A stretch of DNA of 62,440 nucleotides, filler included, from Rhabdomonas costata (lineage: Eukaryota): the NCBI GenBank assembly GCA_019059605.1. It is 30 parts of 30 records of this genome, joined end to end, with 100 filler letters (N's around TTAATTAATTAA, not from the genome) between each part and the next. Parts side by side here need not be neighbours in the genome. Positions count along the whole stretch, not along the records: positions 10,431 to 12,415 come from JAHMHO010006694.1; positions 12,516 to 14,502 come from JAHMHO010006695.1; positions 14,603 to 16,589 come from JAHMHO010006696.1; positions 16,690 to 18,676 come from JAHMHO010006697.1; positions 18,777 to 20,762 come from JAHMHO010006698.1; positions 20,863 to 22,849 come from JAHMHO010006699.1; positions 22,950 to 24,934 come from JAHMHO010006700.1; 23 more parts are not named here. One strand, written 5' to 3'. Below, piece after piece: positions 11,099 to 23,253 of this stretch (within the stretch, counting starts at the first letter, position 1; each line of letters starts with the position of its first letter). Position numbers and translations under genes: made by a program. The notes under the pieces were generated by a model, which did not search any database, was not told where the DNA came from, and worked only from the letters and a program-made list of their open reading frames with translations.

Positions 11099-12147
11099 GC
11101 AGATGGGAGCTGTGTTCTTTTTGGAAGGCCGCTGAAAGGGCTCCAACTCTTCCGACCGAACGGAGGCTTTTGTGTATTTCTATGATGTGGGTTGTAGTTA
11201 TTCTTTCGTTCAGCACACTGCCATTCTCGTTTCGCACATCGACCAATGAGTGACCTTGCCCTGCGGTTCCTGAGATAAAAGGGAGGACGTCAGAGCCTCT
11301 GCTCATCCGATGTGATGATACGATGGCGCTGCAGAGATTTTGGGCTGGGGTACTCGTCAATGAAGCTTTTACACTTGAAATGAATGCTGGCTGGTGCACA
11401 GGTCTTAAAGTTAGCTATGCAAGCCTTTGAGGGGGGGGGGTGCCAACTTTTTTTTGGGTTAGTTAGCCGTTTAATGTTGTCAAGCTGTGAAGTACCACGC
11501 CAGGACATTGCTATTTGGATTACTAGTTTGGATGGTCGGAATTTCCGCTTGATGCATTTTCCTTTCGGGGCTGAGGTCAGCCACCGTTCCCAGTCCACGG
11601 CGCGGTCGGAGGTAGGAGCGGGCGGCTTTGGCAGAGCCGTTGCCTGGGGGAAGTTTGTGAGTTTTGGTCATGAGTATCAGAAGCGGCATGTGTGAGGACA
11701 AGCAGGTCTGCACCTCCAACGCTGAAATCAACCGGGTGACTTTTTACCATAATATGCCACATGCATTATTCTCCGTCTTGCAGCTCCCACCACCGCGATC
11801 CTCAGCAGTTGGCAGTTGCTGTCAGACTGTGACGAATACTTACATTCATGTTCTGGACGATTTAGATGCAAGCTTCTCATTCTTATCATTCCCATATTTT
11901 TTTCGCGATGGTGCGCTTCAGCTGTCTTTTTGCCGCGAGACTGTCTGCATTTGGCTTTCCCGTGCATCCACGGTTCTGTTTTGCGACCGCCCCACACAAA
12001 AACAAAAGTAACTCGGGCATCTCTCTCGTTTCTCTTTGTTGTTGTGACATGATTGCGAGGGAGAGACAATGACGAGGAGGTAGTGAATAGAGGAAATCAG
12101 GGGAAAAAACAAAAGGGAAGAAGAAGAAGAAGAAGAAAAAGAAGCAG

Positions 12148-12258
12148 ATGATGAAAACCCGTGCCGTCGCCCTTGCGCAAGCCGTGCGGCGGCTGGCCTT
12201 CTATGATGATACCGTGGAGGCCTTCGCCAGGCTGGAACCCCAGCATCTTACTGTGAAG
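12148..12258 (+). CDS. Possible first coding exon of a hypothetical protein
   Basis: MMKTRAVALAQAVRRLAFYDDTVEAFARLEPQHLTVK|gtgtgt. GC3-biased, follows a (GAA)n tract. Confidence 0.35.
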
Positions 12259-13079
12259 GTGTGTGAGTAGAGGGGGGGACAATGTACCTATTCAGCTCAC
12301 CAATACATCTGTTTTAACGTGTACCCTGTCTTACGTGTACCTCTTCGTGCGTTTCTCTGTAATTCACACACACACACGACTTTCCACACAGCTTTTATCT
12401 AAGCACCACAACCCCNNNNNNNNNNNNNNNNNNNNNNNNNNNNNNNNNNNNNNNNNNNNTTAATTAATTAANNNNNNNNNNNNNNNNNNNNNNNNNNNNN
12501 NNNNNNNNNNNNNNNGGTGTTTTGTCCTCGTTTCTGGATCACGCCGGGATCACGCCTGCTTTGGGTTTGGGGCTTTGGGGCTTTGCTTACGCGCTCGCTG
12601 TCACTGCGCCTTCGGTTGACGCATTTGAACCCCCGGTTTTCACTTTCCTCTTTCCTGTGTCACGGCCAAGAGTTATTTTCGTATTTCTATCCCTTCCGGA
12701 GAATAAATAATGTGGCCATCAATGAGCTTTGGGGGAGGGGCTCTTTTGTGAGAGAGTGAGGTTTGAGTCGGTGAAAGGTTTTTGTACTATCTTTTCAGAC
12801 AATGTCCCCAGGTCAGTGAAAGACTGTTGATCCCTAAAGATGGGGAAGAAATGGTGCAGGCTTTCTCGGCTTGCCGTTTCAATCCCCGCCTCCCATCCGT
12901 TCGATTGCAAGCTATTTGCTAGATCCCAGTGAAAGGACGTTGGTCAATAGCCCCCACGGGGAACACAAGCCAAGGAACTGCCGCTCAAGTTTCCAGTCAT
13001 TTTCAGCGTTTCCCAGGGACGAGTTACTTCTTCCCAAAGCCCTTCTTCTTCTTTTTTCCCAAATCCCCTCACGCGGCAG

Positions 13080-14502
13080 GTCTTCTTCAGTGAGCTCCCG
13101 TTGTTTGGGGGTGACCCCTTGCCCCCTGTGCTGGTTGCAGTGGAGGTGCTGGTGATCCCCCCCCACAACCGGGGCTCCTCCGCGGTGCTTGCCGTGGAGC
13201 CCAGCACCCCAGCAGCAACGGAGCGCACCCTTCTGCTGGAGCCTGCTGGGTCGCGCCTCAAGGGGTTTGGAGCGGACAGAAGCACGACAATTGACTAAGT
13301 TTACCTATCATCACGCCGCTGGACCGCAGGAGCCGCTTGGCTCGGCGCCATTGGGGGCAGCAGTATATTATTCTCGCTTCGTGCCATGCTGCAGTATCGG
13401 GATAGGTGGCTCGGGGATGTCGTGGAGACCCCCGTCTACCGTCCACTGGGTAGTTTGAGACGCATGTATGAGGCAAGGGACTCTTGCCTTCTCTTACGCG
13501 GGGGTAGTCTGTGGGGTTTGCATATAGCAACAGGGGCGCGGGCGCCCGGCATGGCCTGTATTTCTGTTGGTGTTTGGAGACCCTTCCTTTCGGATGGGCG
13601 GCAGCGAATTGGGTATGTCGTTCCGATCCATCGCATTGGAATTGATGTCACATCGATGTGATATCGTCCAGAACTCAGCTCCAATTTTTTGGCTCCCCCT
13701 CGTTCCATGAATTTGACAGCATCAAAAACTACATCAGCGCATAAGGCCTATTACCCACCTTTTTATTTCGCTTATGCTATGTAAGGTGACTTCTTGAGTC
13801 TTTCCTAAGAAGTCTCATTGGTTTCGATGGATGAAAGGTCATATCCTGGCATCCGTTCAATAGAAATGTGACCTGAGTGTATTGTTGACCGGAAAGTTTT
13901 TTTTCTAGAAAAGCAGGGTATTACACTGACCTGCGTGTGCACGGCTGCCCTTCCTTTTGATGTGCACCCGCTCTTCATAATTTGCCTCTACCCCACAAAG
14001 CAGGCTTCTCCCTTTTGTCTCTTTTGGCTGTTGTTGCACCCGTGCTTTTTTTCCTGCTCATTTTGCCTATTTTCTCTCCCCCTTTTTTATTTCGAAACCT
14101 TCTGTTCGTTTGGGAGGCAGCAGAATCAGAGATTAAAGAGAAACGAGAATGCGCTCCGAAGAGTCCCACCCCAGTGGAGCTCTCTGAGGACAGGACTCTC
14201 CACCCACCCACCCACCGCCTTCCCAATACCGTGTGAAAAACTACACACGATGTACCTGAGTGGCATCCCCACCCTGGGCATCACCGAGAGTCGTACTGAA
14301 ACCCCTCTCACTGCGCAGGGCTGGCGGCAGGTCCCCTCCTCCCCAAAACCTCCGGATGATGACACCCAAGAGGACACCCAGCTTGCCTCCGAGGAGGAGG
14401 AAGCTGAGGCACTGCTGCGGGCCTCGGGGTGGGGCTGGCAGCACCTGTCCCAGATGGATGAGCTGGTGTCCTTGCTGGGCTCTCTGGAAGCCGCAGTGCC
14501 TG
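13080..14502 (+). CDS. Hypothetical protein exons
   Basis: Coding-like blocks after cag acceptors at ~13080 (VFFSELPLFGGDP...) and ~14319 (GWRQVPSSP...MDELVSLLGSLE). No domain recognised. Confidence 0.35.
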
Positions 14503-14927
14503 NNNNNNNNNNNNNNNNNNNNNNNNNNNNNNNNNNNNNNNNNNNNTTAATTAATTAANNNNNNNNNNNNNNNNNNNNNNNNNNNNNNNNNNNNNNNNNN
14601 NNCCTGAGCAGAGGTGCCGGTGGTTCCCACAGCAGAGACCGGAACAACCCATCGAAACTAGAGTGCGAGCAGGAATGCAAGTTTGTTCGATGAGGACCAA
14701 TGTGACTTGCAGAGTGCCCATTCCCAAACGGTGATGATGGTGGTGGTGGCTCAAAGGGGGTCTGAGGGAAGGCCTGCGGGGAAGGCCTGCGGACCATTAT
14801 CAGTGCGAGAAATCCATTCAGCCCATTCATGGTCAATGAGCCAATATGCTGACCATCTGTCATATGGGGGCACGCAGTGGCAGTCCAGGAAATACGCCAA
14901 CCCGGAAAGAAAGGTGGGGTGTGTCAC

Positions 14928-16372
14928 CAGGGGGTCGTAGTCCAGGGAGACCCCGCCCAAGATGCCCTTGGGGCCGCCCTCGTTGCTCTTGGGCTGTAGG
15001 ACCACCGTCTCGTTCTCCATGGGCTTGTCCATCTTCTTGACATCCCAGATCAGAACCCGGCCATCGGTGGACACCGTGAGCACCTCACCGGACTTCGACA
15101 TCAGCCACCTGCGGGAACAAAGAATACACAACGATACACAACAGAAGAGAGTGGGCAACACCAAGGAAGTTAAGCCCACCTATCTTCTGTTGGCAAGATG
15201 CTTCGTGGAGGGCTTCAGGGAACGGAGGCGAAAATTCCAAAATAGTGCAGAAGACTGCTCCATGAAAATGAAAACGAAAGGCAAGGTGTGCTGACGAAAG
15301 GCGTTGCGCCATTGGCAAATTGATCGGTTTTCAGAACGGGTAAGAACACGCCTCTCCCTCCCCGGGCACGCGCACGCCCACACACACCTGAGGTCGTACA
15401 CTGGATCCTTGTGGGAGTCATCAATGTTGGACTTCATCACAGGAGTCTGGGGGTGCCTGGTGTCCCAGTACTGCACCACTCCGTTGTACGAGCCCCCGGC
15501 AATCAGATGGGCGTCCTGTCCATTTCGGGCAAAAAGTCAAAAAGCAAGAAAGAGAGAGATGAGAAAAACTAACCCCCCCATTAGCATCGGAGACCAGGCA
15601 TCGGGTATACCAAATGTTGTGTTTGTGTGGAGGGGGGGGGAGGGAAGAAAAGGCTAAAAAGCAAAGGAATAAATAAATAAACAAAACGGCAAGGACACGT
15701 GTTTTCTTTTCCCAACAAATTTTCTGAGGGAAGGGAGGAAGGTTGCTCGCTTTTCAACCTTTCAACACCCCCTCCCCTCTCAACTTAGTTCCTTAATTCT
15801 CCAATTTCAATTTGTTTGTGTGTAAGGGGGGGGGTGAGTGGGTGAGCCGATACTTACCTTGGGGTTGTACTCCAAACAGCACAGCGGAGACGTGGGCACC
15901 AGGTCCATCTCCGGAGCATTGGGGTTGGTGACGTCCCAGATGTGGGACTTCAATGACATCCCCTCGGTGTTGCCCTGCAACAAAAGAGAAAACTGCTCGG
16001 CACGCGGTGAGGGCAACAAAATTGACCCATACACTCAAACGGAGAGAGATAAAAGCTCAGAGTCAGTGCCACCTTTCCACAAGAACGTGAGTGACTGAAG
16101 AGAGCACTAGCATCAAGCAAGTGTGTCGCGATCATCCGGCTCGAGATCCCAAAACAACCCACCACCCTGCCCCCTCTGCCCATGCCTAGGTCCATTGGAG
16201 ATAGACGTCAACCCAGGCACCTGAAACTTCATCATGCAATAGGCAATGGCCAGCTTCTTGCCATCGGACATCCACGTGATGTGGGCGGCCGTCCGCTTGA
16301 TTGCGGAGGGGTCCGTAAACACCGTCACCGTCTTGGCCGAGGGAGGCTCGGAGCTGTGGTCCGCCACCGTTG
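14928..16372 (-). CDS. DNAI2: Axonemal outer-arm dynein intermediate chain 2 (WD40), internal exons
   Basis: Exons 16372-16221, 15974-15858, 15515-15388 and 15108-14928 in frame: [75 protein letters not shown]. Confidence 0.92.
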
Positions 16373-17635
16373 CTGCGTGACAAAAAAGAGGAAAAAATAT
16401 CGCCGTTACCCCATGGACACGTGAAGGTGCCCATTCGTTCAAAAAGTCGTTCATTCAAAAATCTTCCCACGACGCACACCCACAAGTCGACTCGGATCTA
16501 ACAATGCATAAAACCCACACAATGCGTCGGATAAACCACAGGATTGGAGAACAAAGTCAACAACGAGGAACCCGTCCGTACCCACCAACNNNNNNNNNNN
16601 NNNNNNNNNNNNNNNNNNNNNNNNNNNNNNNNNTTAATTAATTAANNNNNNNNNNNNNNNNNNNNNNNNNNNNNNNNNNNNNNNNNNNNGGGGGATTCAG
16701 CAAACAAAGGCATACGACAGATAATGACTCAAAGGCACCGAAGCGCCCCACACACAGCATGTGCATTTTTCATACAACTCATGTGCTTTCACTTTAAGCG
16801 CCCGCCTCCATCCGTCGCAGTGGTCTCTTTCCTTCCGGAGCCCACGTCTTTGTTGTGCTTTCGTTTCTTGTGTGTACTTGGGTGCGGAAATAGAGATTGC
16901 CTTGGCCGGGTTCCTCCTTGCGCCCGTTTTTGCTAGCAAGAAACGAAGAGGCGTCGTTGTCTACAAGGTGAAGGCCAAAAGTCGGTGCTGGAACGATGGG
17001 CAGCTGGCACCGCTGAGAACAGGGAGAACAGGTATATATCCGTCCCTACTTGTCCACCTCACCTCAAAGGGCGTTTGGCACCGGCTATCTCTGGACTGTG
17101 CTGAACCAATGGACATATGCCTAGTTACACCCCGAAATCGAGAATTTAGTCCGTGACGTTTCGAAGTCTTTTCGGCGTGTTTTTATGCCGCTGGGCTTTG
17201 GTAGCATATGCTGTGTCTTGGTGAATACGCACGGTTGTAAACTCTCGGGTTACGGTGTAGCCTGCTACACTTAACTTCGCCACACCAGTTCACTGCGCAG
17301 TCATGTGCGGAACGCTATAGGGTGTAAAACGCTTTCCTCCAACGCTTCATTTCCCTCGATATAACAAAAAACCGCATAATACCGAGAAAGTGATGGACAC
17401 GTTGACTTCACTTCTGCTTCTGCTTCACACGAGAATCCTAGTCCACCCTTTCCAAGGATTAAAAAACGTGACGACTGTAGCCGATGACATACATTTTCGT
17501 GGCCAGTCCCAGTGCTGTCAAAACTTCAAGTATCATGTCTGAGGGTCTCATGAGCGACAAAACGAAATTATCCTTTCCAAAGGGGCCACTTTTCACTGAA
17601 CCGCGTCAGCAAAAGAGAGCGGACAGCAAACGCAC

Positions 17636-18676
17636 CCTTGGTGTTCATCAACACGGCCAGGGTAAGCGCGGTGCGGGTGGGCAGTCCACACAGCTTGGCG
17701 GTCACGAAGCACCCCGAGAGCTTCCCCGTGCACGCCGTGGCGATGACCAGCACCAGCATCCCCACAGCCATCGCGCTGTTCACCGTCCCGACGTTCGTCT
17801 TAATACCTTTCACGAATTATACGGGGCCAGTGCGACAGTACCCTCCGTTCGAGTCAGGTGACCTGACCAGCTGGCAGCGTCACAGGCGCTCAGCTGAGGG
17901 GATATAATGACAAGCCATCTAGCCCTCTCTGGTTCATTCTTCTCATCGCCCCCTCTTCTTGAGGTACAGCCATAGGTCATTCCCGAGCTTGCAACAAGGA
18001 GTGGGTGGCAAGAACACCAATCCGCTTCACAACGCATTGCACAAGGACACAAGTACGAAACCCACAGACACTGCGTGTTCTTCCAATCCTCCAGCGGAAC
18101 CACCAGAATTCCAAGGGAATCCAGCCTCATCTGGAAAACTCAAAGCAACTTGCCAAGCTTTCTTCCCCGCTACTAAGAACAACAGAGCCGTTCCCACTGT
18201 GTTTGTATAGTTCGATTTTGTATTTCACAGCTGCTATTCTTTCTTTCTCGGGGGTCTGGACGGTCCAGGATTCCTTTGAGCTCAATGACCCGCCTCCCTA
18301 GCAACAACCAACCAAAACCTAGCAAAACCTGGCAATAACCAAACCAGGCGATTCCGTGCAGAGCAGTATCCTTCTGACTCAGCGGCAGCACTTGTCATCA
18401 GCACATTCGGTTTGGTAGCACATAAATTGGAACCTGCCACCGGGCCAAAAACCCCAAGGGAGGGGGGGGCGTACCTGAGACGGCGAAGTAAGTCGGGAGC
18501 CAGAGGTGCACGATGAAGTCCTCCAGCTTGTCCGTGAGGGAGTGGGTGAAGGCCTCGTCCTTGGGCAGCACAATCCCCGCTACGAAGCCCCCAAACATGG
18601 CGTGGATGCCGATGATCTCCGTGAACATCGCGGAGCCCAGGGCAAGAAGTAGCACCCCCAGAACCGCGGTGGCCGC
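17636..18676 (-). CDS. CPA2 cation/H+ antiporter (KHA1/CHX-like), internal exons
   Basis: Exons 18676-18475 and 17806-17636: FTEIIGIHAMFGGFVAGIVLP..LTDKLED..LPTYFAVSG|IKTNVG..GKLSGC..LMNTKG. Confidence 0.9.
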
Positions 18677-18778
18677 NNNNNNNNNNNNNNNNNNNNNNNN
18701 NNNNNNNNNNNNNNNNNNNNTTAATTAATTAANNNNNNNNNNNNNNNNNNNNNNNNNNNNNNNNNNNNNNNNNNNNGG

Positions 18779-18886
18779 TGTGTTCGAACTTTTTTCGCCG
18801 ACCCTAACCACGTGCACTAATGCTCTTACAGCTGCCCAGCAACGTCACGCTTACCAACCTGAATCGGCAAAAAAAGTTCGAACACA
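18779..18886. mobile_element. 108-bp MITE-like element with 23-bp terminal inverted repeats
   Basis: 18779-18801 and 18864-18886 are reverse complements at 22/23 positions. The interior is non-coding. Confidence 0.55.
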
Positions 18887-19216
18887 GCTCTTACCCAAAA
18901 GTGGAGCGCAAACACTCTCAGATTTCAACTGAGCGTGCCCGGAGAAACTGAGTCCACACGCCGACCCGCCAAAACGAAGGGGGCGCGCTGAGAAGTGTCG
19001 TGGGCAGAAAATTTACAGATGCCCAATACTGGCACATTGTTAGGAAGCGGACAAGCAGAGACGTTCTCACACGCAACACCAAGGTATAAGTTGATGATGG
19101 GCCCTGCCTGGGAGCTCCCAAACATCAACCCGATCCACGGCCAACCGGGCATCGAGAGAGATGTAGACATCGCTCTCCGGCTGATCGCAATTTCTTCACC
19201 TCAATCATGATTGGCC

Positions 19217-20573
19217 TCACGCCATGCTGTCCGGAATTGACATTACGTGACACAGCTCGACGCAGTTGCCGCGGTTGTAATCGTACGCAAGCATGTCACA
19301 GCAGAAGGGCCGGAACCCATGCCACGGCCCACCGCCCGTGTACGGCTCAGAGGCACCGCTGCGTGAGGCTCTTGCGAGGTCCGCAGGAGGGGGTTCCATC
19401 TGGAAGCTCTGCCGCCAGGCATAAATCTGCAGCGCAGCCCACTGGTACCACATCGCGTGGTCCTCCGTGAGGTGCTGGTAGACGTACTGCGTGGCGGTGT
19501 TGGCGATGTGCTCGGCGTCCTGGTCATGCTCCCAGGCCTGCGCACCGCCAGCCGAAAGAAAATCAGCAGCCCAAATCTAAAACTGAGGTTTTCCTACTCG
19601 GACGATAAGGGCGCACCTACCGGCCACGTATGAGGGCAATCGAACATTTAACTCCCAGGGTTTTCCGATTGTCGGACATCATATCCTCTTGGTGGAGGCT
19701 GTTCGGTAGGTTTGTAGACAAAGCATACGTATAGGTAGTGGCATAGGAATGCCACTTTACCACTACAAAAAGAACGACCATGCAAATATGCTTTGGAATA
19801 GTTCCACAGAAAACAACGCGGGGTTCTACCTCAGGTGGAAAGGGCGATGTGGATCTCCACGCAAACGCACAGAAGACTTATGGACGTACTGAAAAGAGTG
19901 TGAGTGACCAATTGTGACGGCGTTGGGACGCTGACCCATTGATAGAGATCAGACGGGAGGATTGAAAGCGTTGCACGTGTTAGCGAATATTTTACGTTGC
20001 GGGACGCAGATGAGCTGCGGGTGTTATTACGCACATTTTCAAAGAGCGCAAACAAGAGATTTTTTTGAGGGCTTTCAATAAAATCGCGCCTCTTAAACTT
20101 TCATCAAGAGTGAGTGATGGGCAAACAGCCTTTTACCCACAGAGTGGATGGAGACTGCGACGAACCGGCAACGGCTCCCTCCCGGATTTCCCGAGGAGAG
20201 CACCGTGGGAAACTCTGCAACACCGGACCGCTTGTGATGATGGGTTGTTCACATTCACACACAGAAACGTAGAAACGTGCGGTTTCCCTACGTAGGCGAA
20301 CTCATCTGCCCATTGGCCGTATACGTGCAGCAAGCAAAGCAGAAGCAGAGGACAGGTGGACGGCCGGAAAGAGCACACCCACGACAGCTTAGTCTGCAGG
20401 TCCTCCTCCAGAAAATCCCGCCGCACGGGAAGGTAGTGCAGCCCAGGCAGAAGCTCCCCTGTGAAGAACTGCCACAGGTCGTCCTCGACCTTCACCAACA
20501 GGCTGTTGGAGAGCAGGAGGTTTTTCATCCGGAACGTGGTGCCCCAGCCGTCGATGTCCAGGACGTACTTGTG
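19217..20573 (-). CDS. Glycosyltransferase family 90 (CAP10/POGLUT-like), last two exons
   Basis: Exons 20573-20379 and 19537-19217: HKYVLDIDGWGTTFRMKNLLLSNSLLVK..WQFF..LLPGLHYLPV..DL..KLSW|AWEHDQDAEHIA. TGA stop. Confidence 0.88.
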
Positions 20574-21013
20574 CTGTAGCAAGACTTCGGGCGCTAAGGG
20601 GTGACCCAGCATCTGTAGGCACTTCGAATGGTTCCTGCAAGAAGATATGAGTTGAAAAGTGATAAATGATGCGGTGAGCAGTGAAAATAAATATTTACGT
20701 AAGTTCGACTTTGATAAACGTGCCATTAACACATGATCAGAAGACGCAGAAGACACACAAAANNNNNNNNNNNNNNNNNNNNNNNNNNNNNNNNNNNNNN
20801 NNNNNNTTAATTAATTAANNNNNNNNNNNNNNNNNNNNNNNNNNNNNNNNNNNNNNNNNNNNTCCGATCTAGCGAAGGATACACTCCCCCCTCTCCCCAA
20901 GTGGTCAGTGGTTCTGCACAAGGGCCACCCAGTCTTTCATACAAAACTGAATTGATTCGGGGAGATCGGCGCTCGATCCATGAATCGTTCCTTTTTTGAA
21001 GGGGGGGCTTCAG

Positions 21014-22380
21014 GTGCCACCAGGGAACTTTCTCCTGTCGGTCGAAACCGCGCCCCCCAGTGCCTTTACCTGGCGCACACTAAGGAGGTTCTTCTGGTGA
21101 AGGTTAGCCTCCCTCCCATACTTTTGGCAGTGGGGCGGTTTCGTTGCGTGTTCTGCAACTATACTGCTCGTTCCTGAAGGCTATGAGAGACTTCAAACCA
21201 ATCTTGTGTGCCTCTCGGTCCCCACCATTCCCATGTTCTTTTCTCGCTTCCCTTCCCCTTCCTTTCCCGTTTTGTGTCAAAGCGGTCCTCTTTCTTTCCT
21301 GTAATTTAGTATCTGGCATCGTTTTGGTTTAAGCTATTTTTCGGATCTGCAAGCAGCCTCTCTCTTGCTTCGAGTTTGTGTTGTTACTGTAAATCAGTGC
21401 AGGATTACTTCCAACCCTGCGGCACACTAAAAGGACAAGGAGGGGGTCCTGGTGGAGGTCGAGGATTCCGAGCGGGCCGCGCGGCGGCCAGCACCGCTGT
21501 TCTTGGAGCCCCCCACGGCGCTGGCCGAGGCCTACCCCTACGCCGTGGGTCTCAGCCCCGCGGGTGGGGTGGAGGTGCACGGGGCCTTCTCCGGGGACTC
21601 CCAACTCTTTCAGGCCCGCGCCCGCACCCATCCACTGTTCCCGCCGCACGTACACGTCACACGGCAGGACAATGCGTGAGGGAAGACACCAGAGGCTCGA
21701 CGAAGTCAGAGGTGGCAGCCGTCACTCCGTTTGGCCCCCGTGACACCGTGACAGAGGGTTTGAGAAGTGAGAGGTGAACGCCATGGCTATCGCCAGGCCT
21801 CAAACGATACCCAGCCAACGGACTTGGGACGCACTTACGCAGCTTACAGGCCCGAAAGATCAGGAAATAGCTCCTGCGTCAGCCACCGCGCTGTGAGCAT
21901 CCAGACAATGGCCAACACCTGCACACACACATGTAAACAATTTTGCAGCCCGACTCTTCATCTCCTAGCAACCTAGTAGCCTATATTGTAAGCCAAGACA
22001 CTGGTCTGCAAACCTTCTCAGGACTTCTTCAGCGATGCAAAGGCCTCTACCCGCTAACAGCGAGTCGCGTGCAAGGATGGACTTTGTCCCCTGGTCCATT
22101 GACAAGAGCCATATACACGCAACACTGCACAAGATGCAAAGCTGATCCACCCTATCGAAGATCGAAGACTGACTCCGAAGATGGATGAAATGAGGCTCCC
22201 TCTCCGTTTCCTTGCCTCTCTATGTCTTCTCTGCAGAGGCTAGACCTTCGCGGGGTATCGGTGAGCAGTTTTGCTGCGTTTTGGGACTTGGACAGTGTCC
22301 CACGACCCGACGAGCCCCTCGTGGTGGCCACCTCAGATCAGTCTGTGTTCTGGTTGCAGCTCGTGCCCCCGGACAAGCGG
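21014..22380 (+). CDS. CNH-domain protein (Vps39/Vam6/TGFBRAP1-like), internal exons
   Basis: Exons 21014-21102, 21434-21613 and 22237-22380: EVLLVK|DKEGVLV..EPPTALAEAYPYAVGL..GVEVH..LFQ|RLDL..LVVAT..SVFWLQLVP. Confidence 0.65.
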
Positions 22381-23253
22381 GTTGTTCTTCCCATTGAGAG
22401 GGAGAAGGGAGGGAAGGGCGGTGAGTGTTTCGGCTGTTTAGACGTTTAGCAGTGCTCAACGTGTGTGTAAAGCAGCACGGCGCTGTAGTTCAGAAGCCCC
22501 AAAAGTGGCGTCGCAAGGCCCCGACCATTTTAGTCGATTAGCATTCCACGTTTTGTCCCGATAAAGCAGCGTACCCCACTGCCCGCACCGGCTCATGCTG
22601 CGAATAGTATTTCGCCACTCATTTTCAGGGTTGCTGTGAGAAGGCAGTTGCCAACTCACAGAAGAAAGATCACAAAAAGCACAACGTCAACAGGTCACGA
22701 CAACCTGTGAGACAGATATAGAAAGGGATCGGTTTCTGTTGTGCAAGCAACCGTACAAGGGGAAACGGCTCACTGTATTCACCGCGCATCAGTCGCGGGA
22801 AGAGTGTCCGTGCTCTTCACTCCCCCCCACCCCAAACTCACCTAACACANNNNNNNNNNNNNNNNNNNNNNNNNNNNNNNNNNNNNNNNNNNNTTAATTA
22901 ATTAANNNNNNNNNNNNNNNNNNNNNNNNNNNNNNNNNNNNNNNNNNNNCAGTGCTCCCTCCCTTTTTTTTCTTGAAATGAACTGAGTATTTTTGGGATT
23001 TCTCCCATCATATCGCTGAATGCGTGAAGCGATGGATGGTGCTCCATTTTGGAAGATGCTGACGACGTTTGAACCTTTGTTGCTGGACGAGGACGCCTTT
23101 TTCTGGTTGAAGCGCTTGTTCCCAGTGCATTGCCATGTGAACTTTCGGTGTTTCGTGTTAATCAGGTTTTCATTTCGTATCTGACCGTTTCTTTTTCGTC
23201 GTCCACATCGGTGTCGAGATTTCTCTCTTTTCCGAGTTTCATTCTGCGCTCAG

